Shown: positions 13,201-23,402 of the stretch, piece after piece | How the letters are laid out: the number at the start of each line of letters is the position of its first letter | Numbering within the stretch: position 1 is the first letter of the stretch | Assembly (NCBI GenBank): GCA_044892525.1 | Contig: CM097886.1 | Location: 67,766,001-67,830,000 of the forward strand | From: Schmidtea polychroa | Lineage: Eukaryota | Reading direction: 5' to 3' | DNA length: 64,000 nt | Translations under genes and position numbers: made by a program | Notes under the pieces: generated by a model | Told to the model about the DNA's origin: nothing | Databases searched by the model: none | What the model saw: the letters and a program-made list of their open reading frames with translations, nothing else

Positions 13201-16200
13201 CTAACTTGATAATTTAGATTTTTGCAAAATCTTGATAATTTTTATTTCGACTACATATGCTAGAAATCCAAACATTAATTATAAATTTGAGCTCTTTGAA
13301 TTAAAGATTTATTATTAATTTTTCACTTGTCTATTGTTTTCATTTAAGTATCAAATGTGATACGATCCAATTATACAATAAAATAACGCCAGATAAAAGG
13401 TTGAGCTCCACTGCTTTATTGTATTGGAAATTTGTAAATAGCATGACAAATATATTAAATATTCAATTATGGTGTAAATATTTAATATGAAAGGCATTTA
13501 GGAGTTAATGTATATCATAAATTGATAAGAATCTGACAGGTTGACAATTGAGACTAACCTTTTCCCGGTTATTTAAATGCATACAAATTGTCCCTATCTA
13601 AGATCAATATAATCGGAAACCCTTTTATCTTTACATCTATAATTCAACTATAATTCATTTTGAAGTTTAATTTTAATAAATCATGTATTTCAAAAAGATT
13701 CCTTCTATATTTACAATGCGCTGCAATTAATTTATAAGCTTACCGATCATAAACAATTTTTTGCCAATCTCGCTCCATTGACATTATTTGTAAAGAACTT
13801 AAACAAGACCAATTGACAAAAACTGCTGTAATATCGTTTCTACACCTTAATTCGTCAGCTAATTCTTCATAATTGCCTGTCGTAAAAAATGTTTTAGCCT
13901 TAACTAATCTAGTGTTAACATATTTCTAAATTTTATTTAATTTTAAATTAAACCAAATGAAAAGTATTTACACAATCTACTAAATTCCATTTTAAAGTAT
14001 TAACCAATGCTTTGGCTTCGAAAAATGATTGTTTTTCCGAAGAGGAAGTTGTAAATAATTTTCCGTGCGTTCGACCTATCGCAAATGCTAATTTAATCAA
14101 AAATAATCATTAATATTTAACTTGGTTGAACTATGAGGACTTTATGTCCAAATTTAGGTAATAAATGAGAACTTATTTCAGTTTTCAATTTATTAAATTG
14201 AACATCATCCTCAAGTAAAATATCTGAAAATTGCAAGTAAAAGTAAAATGTGTCTTAAAAATAATCAATGTCTAAGATTCTTACAATCAAAATTAAAAAT
14301 AAATACATTTAATATGTTAAGTATAAAATATAATAATTTACCTCATTAAATGTTAAATTTATCAAATCCGAAGGTTTTAAATTAGATGATAAAATCTCGT
14401 TGGCATTGGGTTCTTGCAAATTATATGCTAGGTATTATTCACATTTATTTTCTTCATTTATAATTTTTTTTTACTTTTTTACACTATACTTCTTGAAAAA
14501 CTAAAAAAATTTTCTATGTTGGCTTTATAGAAATTTTTCTGTTATATTCTTTAAAATATCACTTATCTCAAAATAATTGGTATATCAGAAAATTTCAATG
14601 TTTTCGATTTGCTCCAAATTTAAAAAAATATTATTAGCAAAATGCATTTTTAATTGTATGTATGCTATTGTTATTTTTAGCAATATTCTGTATTTCGAAT
14701 GACCCAATCTAAAGGAATTTTTACCCAAATGAATAAAAATTTCTTAACTAAATGAATGACTATATTATGGAATGGAATTGAAAAAATTCAAAACCTAGCT
14801 ACATAAGATAAGGTTGTTTGAAATCGCACGACTCCTCTGAAAAATACAACTTAAAAATATTTATAACAAAGGTTTACGAGATAAATAGTTGTTTATATCA
14901 AATAATATTCAGGTTAACTTAACTTTTTAAAAGCACAGGAAAAGGACATATTAATTTTTACTATATTTATTATAACTAAATAAATATTATTAATTTTTAT
15001 TTGCATGTCAATAAAATATTCTTATTCAAAAAAAACTTTTCAAATAATCTAAATGGCTGCCAATTCAGAAAAGAGAATTGAAAATAATTTATAGATCAGT
15101 TAATAAAGAATGGCTACTACAGAAGCAAATGAAAAGTTATGGAAAATATAAACAATGGTGAATATTATTTAGTCATCAGAATGTTTTTATAAAAAAAAGG
15201 GACTGAAAAAGATGACCATACATTTCAGAACCTTATAAACACAGAAATGGAAAAATGATGATCTTAAAACATATTTTTGCTCATAAAACACTGTTAATTA
15301 CTTGTCAAGTATAATACAAATATATTCATTTAGCTCATTTGAAATAAATAAAAATGGATATTATAGAAAAGCTAGACATAGTTGGAGTCAATTTAACAAA
15401 TGCTCGTAGTTAGGAGGATGACACCGACGAAAAATGGCCCGAAAAATATGATAAACTAATACCGGAGGAAAACATTTTTCCAACTTCTGCTATTTAGCAA
15501 GCATTCGTACTGTATGCATTATTTCAAAAATGATACATATCACGATATCTACGATCAAGTGGTAGTTATAATTTTCGGTTTTAAAATAATTCTCAAATGT
15601 CACTCTGGTATACGCTTGGTATTTAAAGGGAGGCAAACTAGGCTATTAAGTCGAAAAGATAAAACTGTGAGTAAAGTTACTCAGTTGTTGGAAGAACTGT
15701 TGTTATGTCTAAATTGGAATGTTTAAATATTGTGAATTTTATTAAATTTTTGAAGATTGGGTTGATGAAATAAAGTATAGTATTAACAATATACTGCCAT
15801 CCTTATCAAATAGACCGTAACTGACAAAACTACAAAAATCGAGTTAGAGGCGTCGACTGTATGCAGTTGCAATTAACCTTCATTCTGCTTAGCGATAAGA
15901 CCGTATCTGCATCACTAGGCCTAGATGCAAACAAATATAAATGGATGATTGGTTTAGGTTAACTGGTTGGCAGAATTGAAAACAAGTTTTGCTATTTATC
16001 TCCTAAGTGTATTTTTGCAGTTACGGTCTATTTGATAAGGAGGGCAGTATAGTACTAACAATGAAATTACTTTAATATATGACAGATCTAGGTGAGATTA
16101 TTGTATAATCAATTTTTTGAAAACATTGGAAATACCAAAATTGAGATAGTAATTTATTATTAAAATTTTTGCAAAAAAATCAAAATACATTTAAGTTAGA

Positions 16201-17384
16201 AAATAATAAATTTTTGCAAAAAAAAATCATTTTTAAAATGTCGGAGAAAAATAATAATTATTTATTTATTTTATAAATTGATGAAATAATAAATATAACA
16301 ATAAATGAAATTAATTTAGCTACAAAATGATCGCATTAAAAGATATTTTGAAAATATTTGTAATTTATACTTGAAATTTTAAATAAAATGAGTTCTGAAA
16401 TTCTTGTTGCTCAATTAATTTTAGTAAATGCCAACTAAACCAATTAATGTAATTTTATGTATTTTAAATAATTAACAGTAAAATCTTTCATCTTTCTCAT
16501 TTATCTAGTGTTAATAACCCATCTTATTAACCCATTTCTGTACGTGATCCCTAAATGGGAAACAGCATTATTTTCGTACCTGGCAGGTTTGTTAATGTTG
16601 CAGGTTGTATTTTTTAATTAGTTTGTTAGTAAATAATTAGTATTATTTGGAAAATTACTAAGAAATTAAAGGCAGGCTGTGAAAATTAGAAATAATAATA
16701 GGAATAATTTTAGCATTATTAATTGCTTATAACGAAAATATATTTTTATCAATATTGTAATCAATTTAATTAAATTTAATACAAAAAAGATGTAGCCAAG
16801 CGACAGAAAGATCTAAATACAAAAGTATAATTTTAATTTCTACCAGGCAGTAAAGGGATGATTTGTTTGGATTAAAATTCGATGACCTATCTGTTTCTGT
16901 TTTAACATTTCATTTACTTTTCATAATGATTATTAGTTTCCATCATATTCAGATTTTCGGTATACATTACAACTAAATTTATAATAAAGTTTTATATTAT
17001 TTTTAAATTTATTATTATTAAAATAAACATCATAACAACTGTAGATCAAATTTTCAGTATCTAGCACAAAGTTGTGGCTATAATGAAAAATGACAAAAAT
17101 TTCAGTTATATCGAATGTAATTGGTTGATTCAATAATTTCGCTATAACTGAGTAGAAATTAATTTTTATAAAAATTAACATGTCTATGAATAATTTTTAC
17201 AACTACATAAACCCTAATAATGACTTGCATGCCCATAAAAAGAATTTCTTAGGAAAATAAATTACAATTCATTACCCGATTCTGTCGACAATTTACGAAA
17301 TATCAATTGCCATTGGTTAATTATAGACTTTGATTTTGGTAATAAATAATGCAATTTCCATTTCAAAATGTTTTGGAAGAGCAT
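1078..17384 (-). CDS. GTPBP6: GTP-binding protein 6 (HflX-family GTPase), 10 exons, 504 aa
   Basis: Exons 17384-17276 (tentative), 14223-14122, 14087-13972, 13925-13744, 12435-12222, 10593-10473, 9074-8851, 5403-5255, 1420-1253, 1207-1078. All introns are GT-AG with compatible phases; total 1515 nt. HflX motifs: VYDRYMMVLQIF, LQVQLAELPY, SVLGYTNSGKTSL, LFATLD, DTIGF, AFRSTL, DLLIHVVD, TKID, ISNKTGENL. Confidence 0.92.
1253..1420 (-). CDS. GTPBP6: GTPBP6 exon 9 (IPISNKTGENLSNL)
   Basis: CAG acceptor, GTAAAT donor, phase 2/2; G5-like motif. Confidence 0.88.
1588..2070 (+). mobile_element. Merlin (IS1016/IS1595-like) transposon remnant
   Basis: 1623-1840 translates to IYTDCW...HRVNHGLHFVDPRNGVHTQFIESCW...*KMKG...EYLAMFMW, the Merlin VNH..FVDP..G.HTQ.IES.W...YL..FMW signature, with one in-frame stop. 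A GGAAA(A/T)TTT..TTCTG motif recurs at about 1590, 2017 and 2049. Confidence 0.8.
2294..5194 (+). mobile_element. Full-span hAT transposon (ZMYM1/DUF4371-type) in GTPBP6 intron 8
   Basis: Imperfect TIR CAGGCCCGACAAGAGG / CAGGGCCGCCGAGAGG; 8-bp TSD GGCGTAAT / GTCGTAAT (7/8); GC-rich GGGCCC subterminal tracts. Confidence 0.95.
2596..4961 (+). pseudogene. hAT transposase, disrupted
   Basis: ORF pieces 2596-2946, 3016-3411, in-frame stop, 3412-4632, frameshift, to 4961. Motifs LAFRG, NGNFL, YSVIVDATPD, QGYDN, CHSLNL, TRW, TIPVTVAEAERSFSVLKR. The N-terminal zinc-finger region appears largely deleted. Confidence 0.93.
5255..5403 (-). CDS. GTPBP6: GTPBP6 exon 8 (DLLIHVVD...VGTKID)
   Basis: TAG acceptor at 5406-5404, GTAAAT donor; not in the supplied ORF track but joins exons 7 and 9 in phase. 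Confidence 0.92.
5547..5877. mobile_element. Degenerate Tc1/mariner-type MITE
   Basis: TA-flanked imperfect TIR CAGTATTTTTCTTAA / CAGTATTCGTCACTTAA. Confidence 0.4.
6701..8662 (-). mobile_element. pogo/Tigger transposon in GTPBP6 intron 7
   Basis: 25-bp TIR CAGTCAAATCT(C/T)GTTACTATGCCAC (24/25), TA on the right flank. Frameshifted transposase from ATG 8253 (MSAQKRKRTDFTLKEK), with CENP-B HTH (FMASYGWLDN..KRHGI) and DDE_1 motifs (KSKQRI, GSEKFPLLVIG, KAWMT, FFPPNTT...QPMDQGII). Confidence 0.95.
8709..8763. repeat. Short tandem repeat (TAGTAATGGTTA x3 with small spacers)
   Basis: Three copies read directly. Confidence 0.7.
8851..9074 (-). CDS. GTPBP6: GTPBP6 exon 7 (KTSL...FATLD...DTIGF...AFRSTL)
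   Basis: G1 end, G2 and G3 motifs; AAG acceptor, GTAATA donor. Confidence 0.95.
9445..10121 (-). mobile_element. Degenerate solo LTR (same family as 11113-12005 and 26343-26722)
   Basis: The 3' end (minus strand) ACCACCTACAATATACCCAACA and the GGAGTCAGA block align with the other two copies. The 5' boundary is approximate and no TSD was found. Confidence 0.55.
10473..10593 (-). CDS. GTPBP6: GTPBP6 exon 6 (AREHKIKSKIEEL...SVLGYTNSG)
   Basis: CAG acceptor, GTAATT donor, P-loop start. Confidence 0.93.
11113..12005 (-). mobile_element. Solo LTR of a Gypsy-like family, about 893 bp
   Basis: Minus strand starts TGTATTTATATAGGGG and ends ACCAACCCAATAACCCAACA, identical to the end of the PBS-adjacent LTR at 26703-26722. 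Also shares GCTATTCCTCAC and AAAACACGCTT. TSD not clean. Confidence 0.7.
12222..12435 (-). CDS. GTPBP6: GTPBP6 exon 5 (YMMVLQIF...LQVQLAELPY)
   Basis: HflX N-domain motif; phase 2/0. Confidence 0.93.
12900..13430 (-). pseudogene. Heavily decayed hAT transposase fragment
   Basis: Scattered traces only (TGYDG; VE(Q)LTFYLRY recoverable by allowing indels); many stops. Confidence 0.3.
13744..13925 (-). CDS. GTPBP6: GTPBP6 exon 4 (KTFFTTGNYEEL...QKIVYDR)
   Basis: Matches the HflX N-terminal domain; GTAAGC donor; 46-nt upstream intron. Confidence 0.9.
13972..14087 (-). CDS. GTPBP6: GTPBP6 exon 3 (FFEAKALVNTLKWNLVD)
   Basis: E..AL..TL.W motif; phase 1/0. Confidence 0.88.
14122..14223 (-). CDS. 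GTPBP6: GTPBP6 exon 2 (GHKVLIVQP)
   Basis: TTTTCAG acceptor; joins exon 3 through a 34-nt intron; phase 1/1. Confidence 0.8.
15794..16047. mobile_element. Tc1/mariner-type MITE, 254 bp
   Basis: 30-bp TIR CTGCC(A/C)TCCTTATCAAATAGACCGTAACTG (29/30); TATA on both flanks. Confidence 0.85.
17276..17384 (-). CDS. GTPBP6: Probable GTPBP6 exon 1, mitochondrial-presequence-like (MLFQNILKWKLHYLLPKSKSIINQWQLIFRKLSTES)
   Basis: Basic and almost acid-free N-terminus; phase-1 donor GTAATG matches the exon 2 acceptor; gives a 504-aa protein, close to the remembered length of the human orthologue. The linkage is inferred. Confidence 0.65.
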
Positions 17385-17618
17385 CTAGAAATGAAAATAA
17401 AAATATTTCCAATAAATTATCTTTATTGACTAATTTTAATAAAAAAAAAATTAAACAAAATTCTTTGTTCCGAAACAAAAGCAACTCGAAAGAAAACAAT
17501 AATCAAAATATAAATATATATTTAATAAACAATTAACATGGGAAAATTTCACACACATTGGCAAAAATAACGATTAATAAAATTTTGAAACAAATTTCTA
17601 TCTAATTGAAACTATAAA

Positions 17619-19100
17619 CTAGAATCTTTGAGATTCATTGAGCCACCTTCTGTCGGAGTTATTAGATTGGCAAGTATACCGGAGGAAATTTCTAAATAAT
17701 CTTCGATTTCCCCGATCATAATTGCGATAATTGTTATTGTTATTATTATTGTTCATTGTATTGTTTCTATAATGATAATGATTTGGTTTACTTCGACTCA
17801 TGAAATAATGGCTATCGAAATCTTCATTATCGTAGGGAAATTCATCATATTGTCCATTTGGATAATGCGGATGGAAGTCATTATGATTGTAGTTTCTATC
17901 AATGGTAAATATTGAACAGTTTGATTGACAAACAACATTATCTGGTGTATCATATTTCCTATCAAATACATTTTCCTTATAATTACATTCCGATTCGACA
18001 TTATTATAATCAATTTCTTGGTAATTTCCATTTATATTCCCATTTATATTTTGCTTTCTTTGAGTTTCATCGTTGTCAATTTCACATAGATTTTCAATTG
18101 TATTCGGGTTTTTCAATATGATTAATCGGTTTTCGGATAGTTTTCCTTTACAATTATCATTGATAACTGAAACCGGAAATTCCTTGGTGTTTAAATGTAA
18201 ATCGGCATTTTCTTTTCCATCAAATTCATCATTTAGTATATCCGAGAAATCCAAAATAGATTCTGGAATCATGTCATCTTCAAATGTATCACTTCGAATA
18301 TCTTCAATATTGGCTTCTTTATTAGCGTGCACAATATTATTTAGTGTGTTTCTATTGAAAACATTTTCTCCGTTGTTAATTTTACTTTGATTCTTATTAG
18401 GCAAAGGAATGTTTTCTAAATTAATTTCATTCGATACATTGTCAGGTGCGTTGTCAATTGATAAATATGCATATGGCTTTTTTAAAGTCATTATTTTAAT
18501 TAATGGTTTAGGCTTCGAATAGGATTTATGATTGCACAATAACTCTTCACTGATTTCATTTTTCGTTTCGATTTCTTTATCGTTACATTTTATTTTCAAA
18601 ATCATTTCATCCAAATCATTTACAAAATTGAGTAGAAAGCTTTCTTGAAGATTGGATATTGTTCTATTTCCTGGGCAACTATTCAAATGGCAATTTATTT
18701 CTAATAGATTATTTACGCTATAAAATAGCTTTTCATTGCCTATAAATTTTTCTAATATATTATTGTTTATTTCTGTCAAACTTGACATAAGTTGATCAGT
18801 GAAATTAATCTCAACATCATTGCTAGATATTTCATTATCTCCACTCTCATTCCATTCGTCAATGACATTAAAATCATCAAAATCCTCCCCTTCAACTATT
18901 AATAAAGATTTCCCTGGCTCAGCTACTGAGTTTTTCAAAGTATTATCCTCGAAATGAAAAGGAATATTATCATTATCTTGACTTTTATTGATAATTTCAA
19001 AATCAGTTGCAGGCTTACAAACATAAACATTTGAATCAAAATTACGTAAACATTCATTTAATTCATCTTCGAAATTCTCTTTTTTATCTCTAAAATATGT
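17619..19100 (-). CDS. Large terminal exon of an uncharacterised Asn/Asp/Glu-rich protein (493 codons plus stop)
   Basis: 1482-nt open frame in very AT-rich DNA with a TTTTCAATAG acceptor at 19101; extends the supplied 439-aa ORF by 54 codons. No recognisable domain. Confidence 0.75.
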   Translation of the reverse strand, partial: TYFRDKKENFEDELNECLRNFDSNVYVCKPATDFEIINKSQDNDNIPFHFEDNTLKNSVAEPGKSLLIVEGEDFDDFNVIDEWNESGDNEISSNDVEINFTDQLMSSLTEINNNILEKFIGNEKLFYSVNNLLEINCHLNSCPGNRTISNLQESFLLNFVNDLDEMILKIKCNDKEIETKNEISEELLCNHKSYSKPKPLIKIMTLKKPYAYLSIDNAPDNVSNEINLENIPLPNKNQSKINNGENVFNRNTLNNIVHANKEANIEDIRSDTFEDDMIPESILDFSDILNDEFDGKENADLHLNTKEFPVSVINDNCKGKLSENRLIILKNPNTIENLCEIDNDETQRKQNINGNINGNYQEIDYNNVESECNYKENVFDRKYDTPDNVVCQSNCSIFTIDRNYNHNDFHPHYPNGQYDEFPYDNEDFDSHYFMSRSKPNHYHYRNNTMNNNNNNNNYRNYDRGNRRLFRNFLRYTCQSNNSDRRWLNESQRF

Positions 19101-19268
19101 CTATTGAAAAACTTTAAAAACAAAATGTTGAGCAGTCATATTAAAAACCCAAATTTTCAGGAAACTTTCTGTGCTGGTCACACATTTTTATCGTTATTTT
19201 ATATAACTTATTAATATAAGTAGGATTTATAAATATTTACAATTTAAATTAAATAAAAATCAAATCAC

Positions 19269-19328
19269 CTTTTTCAGATTATATTCCAACGTGTCTAACG
19301 AAGTATCAGAATTTCCCACAAAAGTCAA
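19269..19328 (-). CDS. Probable penultimate exon of the Asn-rich gene (LTFVGNSDTSLDTLEYNLKK)
   Basis: TAG acceptor, AAG|GTGATT donor, phase 0/0. Further candidate exons at about 20460-21090 could not be resolved. Confidence 0.45.
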
Positions 19329-19786
19329 CTATATAGGAAAGTTCTTCCTCGGTAGTGATTGCAAATTTGGGATAAAATTTTAAAATCGATTTTTATAAAT
19401 TAAAATATATTAATTTTGTACTAAATTTTTACCAGAATTTAGAAAACAATAATTCAGTCAAAAAAACAAAACAGAAATATTGTTTAAAACAGCGTTTCCC
19501 AAAGTGGGTTCCGGGAACTTTTTGTAAATAAATAATTTTCAAGTTCCTGATCAATTGATTAAAATTTGTAAACACAATTAAAATCTTGTTTGATTTCAAC
19601 TTTTGTGAGTTTTAAAGTTTGAATTGAAAGAACATAATTTTGTAAAATTTTAGCGAAATTAATTTTAAAAAAATTACTGAATTAGTTAATTAGTTTGTTT
19701 AAAAAAAGAGCAATTTATATTGATTTAGTTTGATTTCAATTCTACCCCAAGATGACAGTGATTTTGTCGAAATATATTGTAGTAAA

Positions 19787-19812
<26 letters not shown>
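19787..19812. repeat. (AT)n microsatellite
   Basis: About 13 AT units. Confidence 0.9.
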
Positions 19813-19820
<8 letters not shown>

Positions 19821-21166
19821 GTGCTTTTCGTTAGATTATAAAAAAAAGATTTATAAATAAAGATTAATTATCAACAATAAAACTAGATATAACAAGGATT
19901 TGCAAGGGAAAAAACAACAACACTGTTCACACTAATAACACTCATAGTTTAATTATTTTTTATATTATTAATCAACAATCAAATGAATTTATTTTATTTT
20001 TTGTATGATTGTTATTTTTTTTAATAAATACTATAATAAATACTTATAATAATAAGTAGTATAAAATATTCTATAATATATCCAAACAGAATAGACAAAT
20101 GAAATATTATTGATAATGAGCTACTATTAACTACTTATAATAATAAGTAACATAAAATATTTACAATTAAATCAACCAATCAGCGAGCGTTATAGAATCA
20201 GTCAGTGAATCAGTGATGAGCGTAATTATATATTATCTTATAAAAAAATTAATTGAGGTTTTTAATGATGTATCTTAAACTGCTCTAGTTTTGTACGTTA
20301 CAAAGAGCCACGCCAGAATTATGTAGTGTTTTTTATAATCAAAATTAAAATAGCAAAAAATCTAGATATTAATAAAACATTAATAATTAAATCCTTATAC
20401 CAAAATACTTATTTTAATTTACAAGGATTCGGGAAAACAAAGGTTCTGAAATAAATAAAACAACGGATTTTAACTTTCAATAGAAGCCACACTGAAGTTG
20501 ACAAAACTCGCACGCGGTTCTCAATGTTTTTCTCGATATATTTAAATTTTCAATAAATAATTTTACAAAATTAAAAAAATGTAATGATTTTTTGTTAAAT
20601 TAATAAAACCCAGTTTTTCGGTAGTCTTTGACTATCGTGGGACTTTATTGATGGTTCACTGATACAGCTCCAAAAGCCAACCAACCACTGAATCTGAAAT
20701 TCCCATAATTTTAAGTGTAATTTTGGTCAAAACATAAAAAAATTAAACTGTGCAATCATTTAGAAACCAAATGAGGAAAATGAAGGTCTTTTATTGATTT
20801 CAAAGGATACATAGGCAAGTACAATTGTTATATTTCTCAGAAAGAATGATTTAAACACGATGCATTTAGCTGGTTCACAATATTTATAAGACTTGTTATT
20901 TACAAAATGCATTCCCATCTACTGTTAAAAAATGTGTTTGTGAAATAACGCTTGTTTATTTTTGAGTATTTATTTATTGAAATGGGTAAACCGGCTTTTC
21001 TGGATAAATTAAATTGATACGAGGTTCGAAAGTTGATAAAGAAACTTCCAGTTCATCGTCGATTCTCAGAAATCTTTATTTTTGCATACTTTAGAAAACA
21101 TTTAAAAATGGTGTCAGGCTAAAATTTTTGGCGAGGCTTTCTAAATTAAAAAATATGAATTATTAA

Positions 21167-21426
21167 CCTTTTCACTGCACAATACGCTTTGAGATTTTGA
21201 TACTCGCTGTACGCATATAATTAGGTTATTGTGAGTTTATTCGTGTAGAGCGGTTGGCCGACATCGAGTACTGGGTGTTTGATACGCAAATTCGTCTCCT
21301 TAGCATCTTTATGCCGGGGGATCTCAGCTTGAAAAGTCCGGTTGAAAACACAGTGTGAGTTAACTCGCTCCAGGCATGTGGGGCACTTTTATTTTACGAG
21401 TATATACAGCTTGACAAACGAAAGGG
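21167..21426. mobile_element. piggyBac-like MITE, 260 bp
   Basis: TTAA on both flanks (21163-21166, 21427-21430); ends CCTTTTC / CCCTTTC; interior GC-richer than the flanks. Confidence 0.5.
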
Positions 21427-22247
21427 TTAAACTGAATAAATGAAGTAGTGTGATTGATTCTTGGAGTCTGACCAGAACAGCAACTTCGATTTGGGGAACT
21501 TGTTCAATTTGTTTAACTTCAGCAGCAACTTCTGATACATGGTTGGACATGTTGAAATTATTTTGAAAATGGATTCAGATTATATAAACAAATATGTATT
21601 TAATTTTTTCTATTAAATTTAAATTATAAATGTTTATAAATTATACTTATACTAATAAGTTTTGGTAAATAACGATAAAAGTATGACCAGCAATGCCATA
21701 ATGGCTTTAATAGTATATTCCTATCCTATGCTCTTTCCTTTATGAAATTCTGCAAAGTGTATATTGGGGTCTTCATATGTTTTGTTTTAATTCATATTTT
21801 ACTGGTGTTTGTTAGTGTAGAATCGCATAATATGAAAACATTCTAGACAATCCCAATACCCAGCAAAGTACTAATCTGTATATTAACCTCCCCATTCGGG
21901 GGCCCAGCTATTCCTAGGGTAGTGTTAATGCATCATACGCTGAATTTTTTTTATTAATAAACTCTTATTTTATCTCTGCCTTCTATTAATGCCAGGGGTT
22001 TAATGATCGATCCTAGATTAAGTGGTCCCAAATGAGGTACGTAAAATATTCATATAGACCTGCCACATTATTTGCAACGGAGGACATCAAGAAATCCACT
22101 TACACTCCTGTCTATATTATTATTAAGTGACTTAATTGTATTAAACAGAATTTTAATTCATTATTGAATAAGTCCATTTATAAAAACAATAATAATATTG
22201 GATTTCATATTCTTTTTCGTTTATTACAATTAAAATATTATAAATTC

Positions 22248-22934
22248 TTACATTTCATTTTCTAATTTACAAAAACCACCGAAATCATTATAGTATTTAA
22301 TTAAACTTTCTTTAATTTGTCGAGCAAATTTTTTACGTTTAACATTTATTACTTCATCATAACTTTCCATGAAAACGGCGTCAATTTCTGGAAATTTCAT
22401 CGAGTTTTATTCAATTATTATAATTTATAACCTTTTTCATTAACAGATTCACCAATGTAAAAAGAAATATCTGCGATTAATCTTTTTATTTCAATTGGCA
22501 GAAGTCTAGTAAATTTTTTAACGAACATTAATTTTCGTAATTTCCCACAGTTTAAATCTTTATCTGATTGATTAAATATATCAATCAGCAATTTATTTGA
22601 GTCTTTCATGATTATTTCACTCATAAGTCTTTTTGATATTTTAGCCAATTTCATTTGAAAACTTAACAAATATGTATTCGAAAAATTAACAGTTTTGCAT
22701 CTTTTGCAACTTTTATGAAAAATTCTCATCCACTTTTTAAATTGAGGGTGCGTTAATTCAATGCTATTAAAAAAAATACCTAGAAAATAAATAAAGAATA
22801 AAAAAATTATCTTAAAATTACAATTAACCTAATTTTATTAAGTTTCTTGAGTTTGACCGAATAAATCCATTACTCAAAGTTTTGCATTTTGTAAAATTAA
22901 TGAATTCTCGGAATTCTTGGACATAATCCGCCAT
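22248..22934 (-). CDS. Uncharacterised 197-aa protein, 3 exons
   Basis: Exons 22934-22829, 22779-22432, 22387-22248; GT-AG introns of 49 and 44 nt with matching phases; ATG to TAA totals 594 nt (MADYVQEFREF...FGGFCKLENEM*). Confidence 0.75.
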
Positions 22935-23402
22935 TAATATTATTACTAGAAATATTTTCCTTAAAATACGTGCAATTAATTACTTTAATTTAAGATAATC
23001 TTGATTTTGCCGGAAAATTACCTTATCAACCACTTTTATTAGAAAAATATTATTAATAAATTGAATTAAATTAATTATTGAAATTTAAACTTTTTACATA
23101 ATATATAATAAAACAAATATTAATATTTGATTACATCTAAATAACAATTGGTTAACATTATAAGTATGAACAATTTAATGTTATATAAATCTTAAAATAA
23201 ATACATACATTTTATTTAAAGAAGGTTTCATTAAGTGTTGATTTTGGTAATTAACGACACACTTTCGGTAATCAATTCTCAAACCGACTTCTCGTGTTCG
23301 TGAACGCCAATAAATATTCCCAATATTAGAATATTATTTAATCGATACCACAAAAATAATAACTAAATTGTTATAGTCAAAGATTTACCAACCACGATTG
23401 AG

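Noticed and set aside
14342-14427. Exon-like segment (AYNLQEPNANEIL...FNE|GTAAAT) upstream of GTPBP6 exon 2
   Set aside because: It is open only as phase 1 in, phase 0 out, while exon 2 needs phase 1, and no in-frame alternative acceptor exists.
16933-17181. 82-aa minus-strand ORF as a possible GTPBP6 exon
   Set aside because: Phase-compatible with exon 1 but runs to a stop with no HflX similarity and low complexity.
21430-21550. ATG-initiated segment MSNHVSEVAAEVKQIEQVPQIEV as first exon of the Asn-rich gene
   Set aside because: No donor outside the piggyBac-like MITE matches the phase of the next candidate exon; left unassigned.
21840-22140. Faint LINE reverse-transcriptase-like trace (QRRTSRNPLTLLSI)
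   Set aside because: One weak motif amid many stops; insufficient support.
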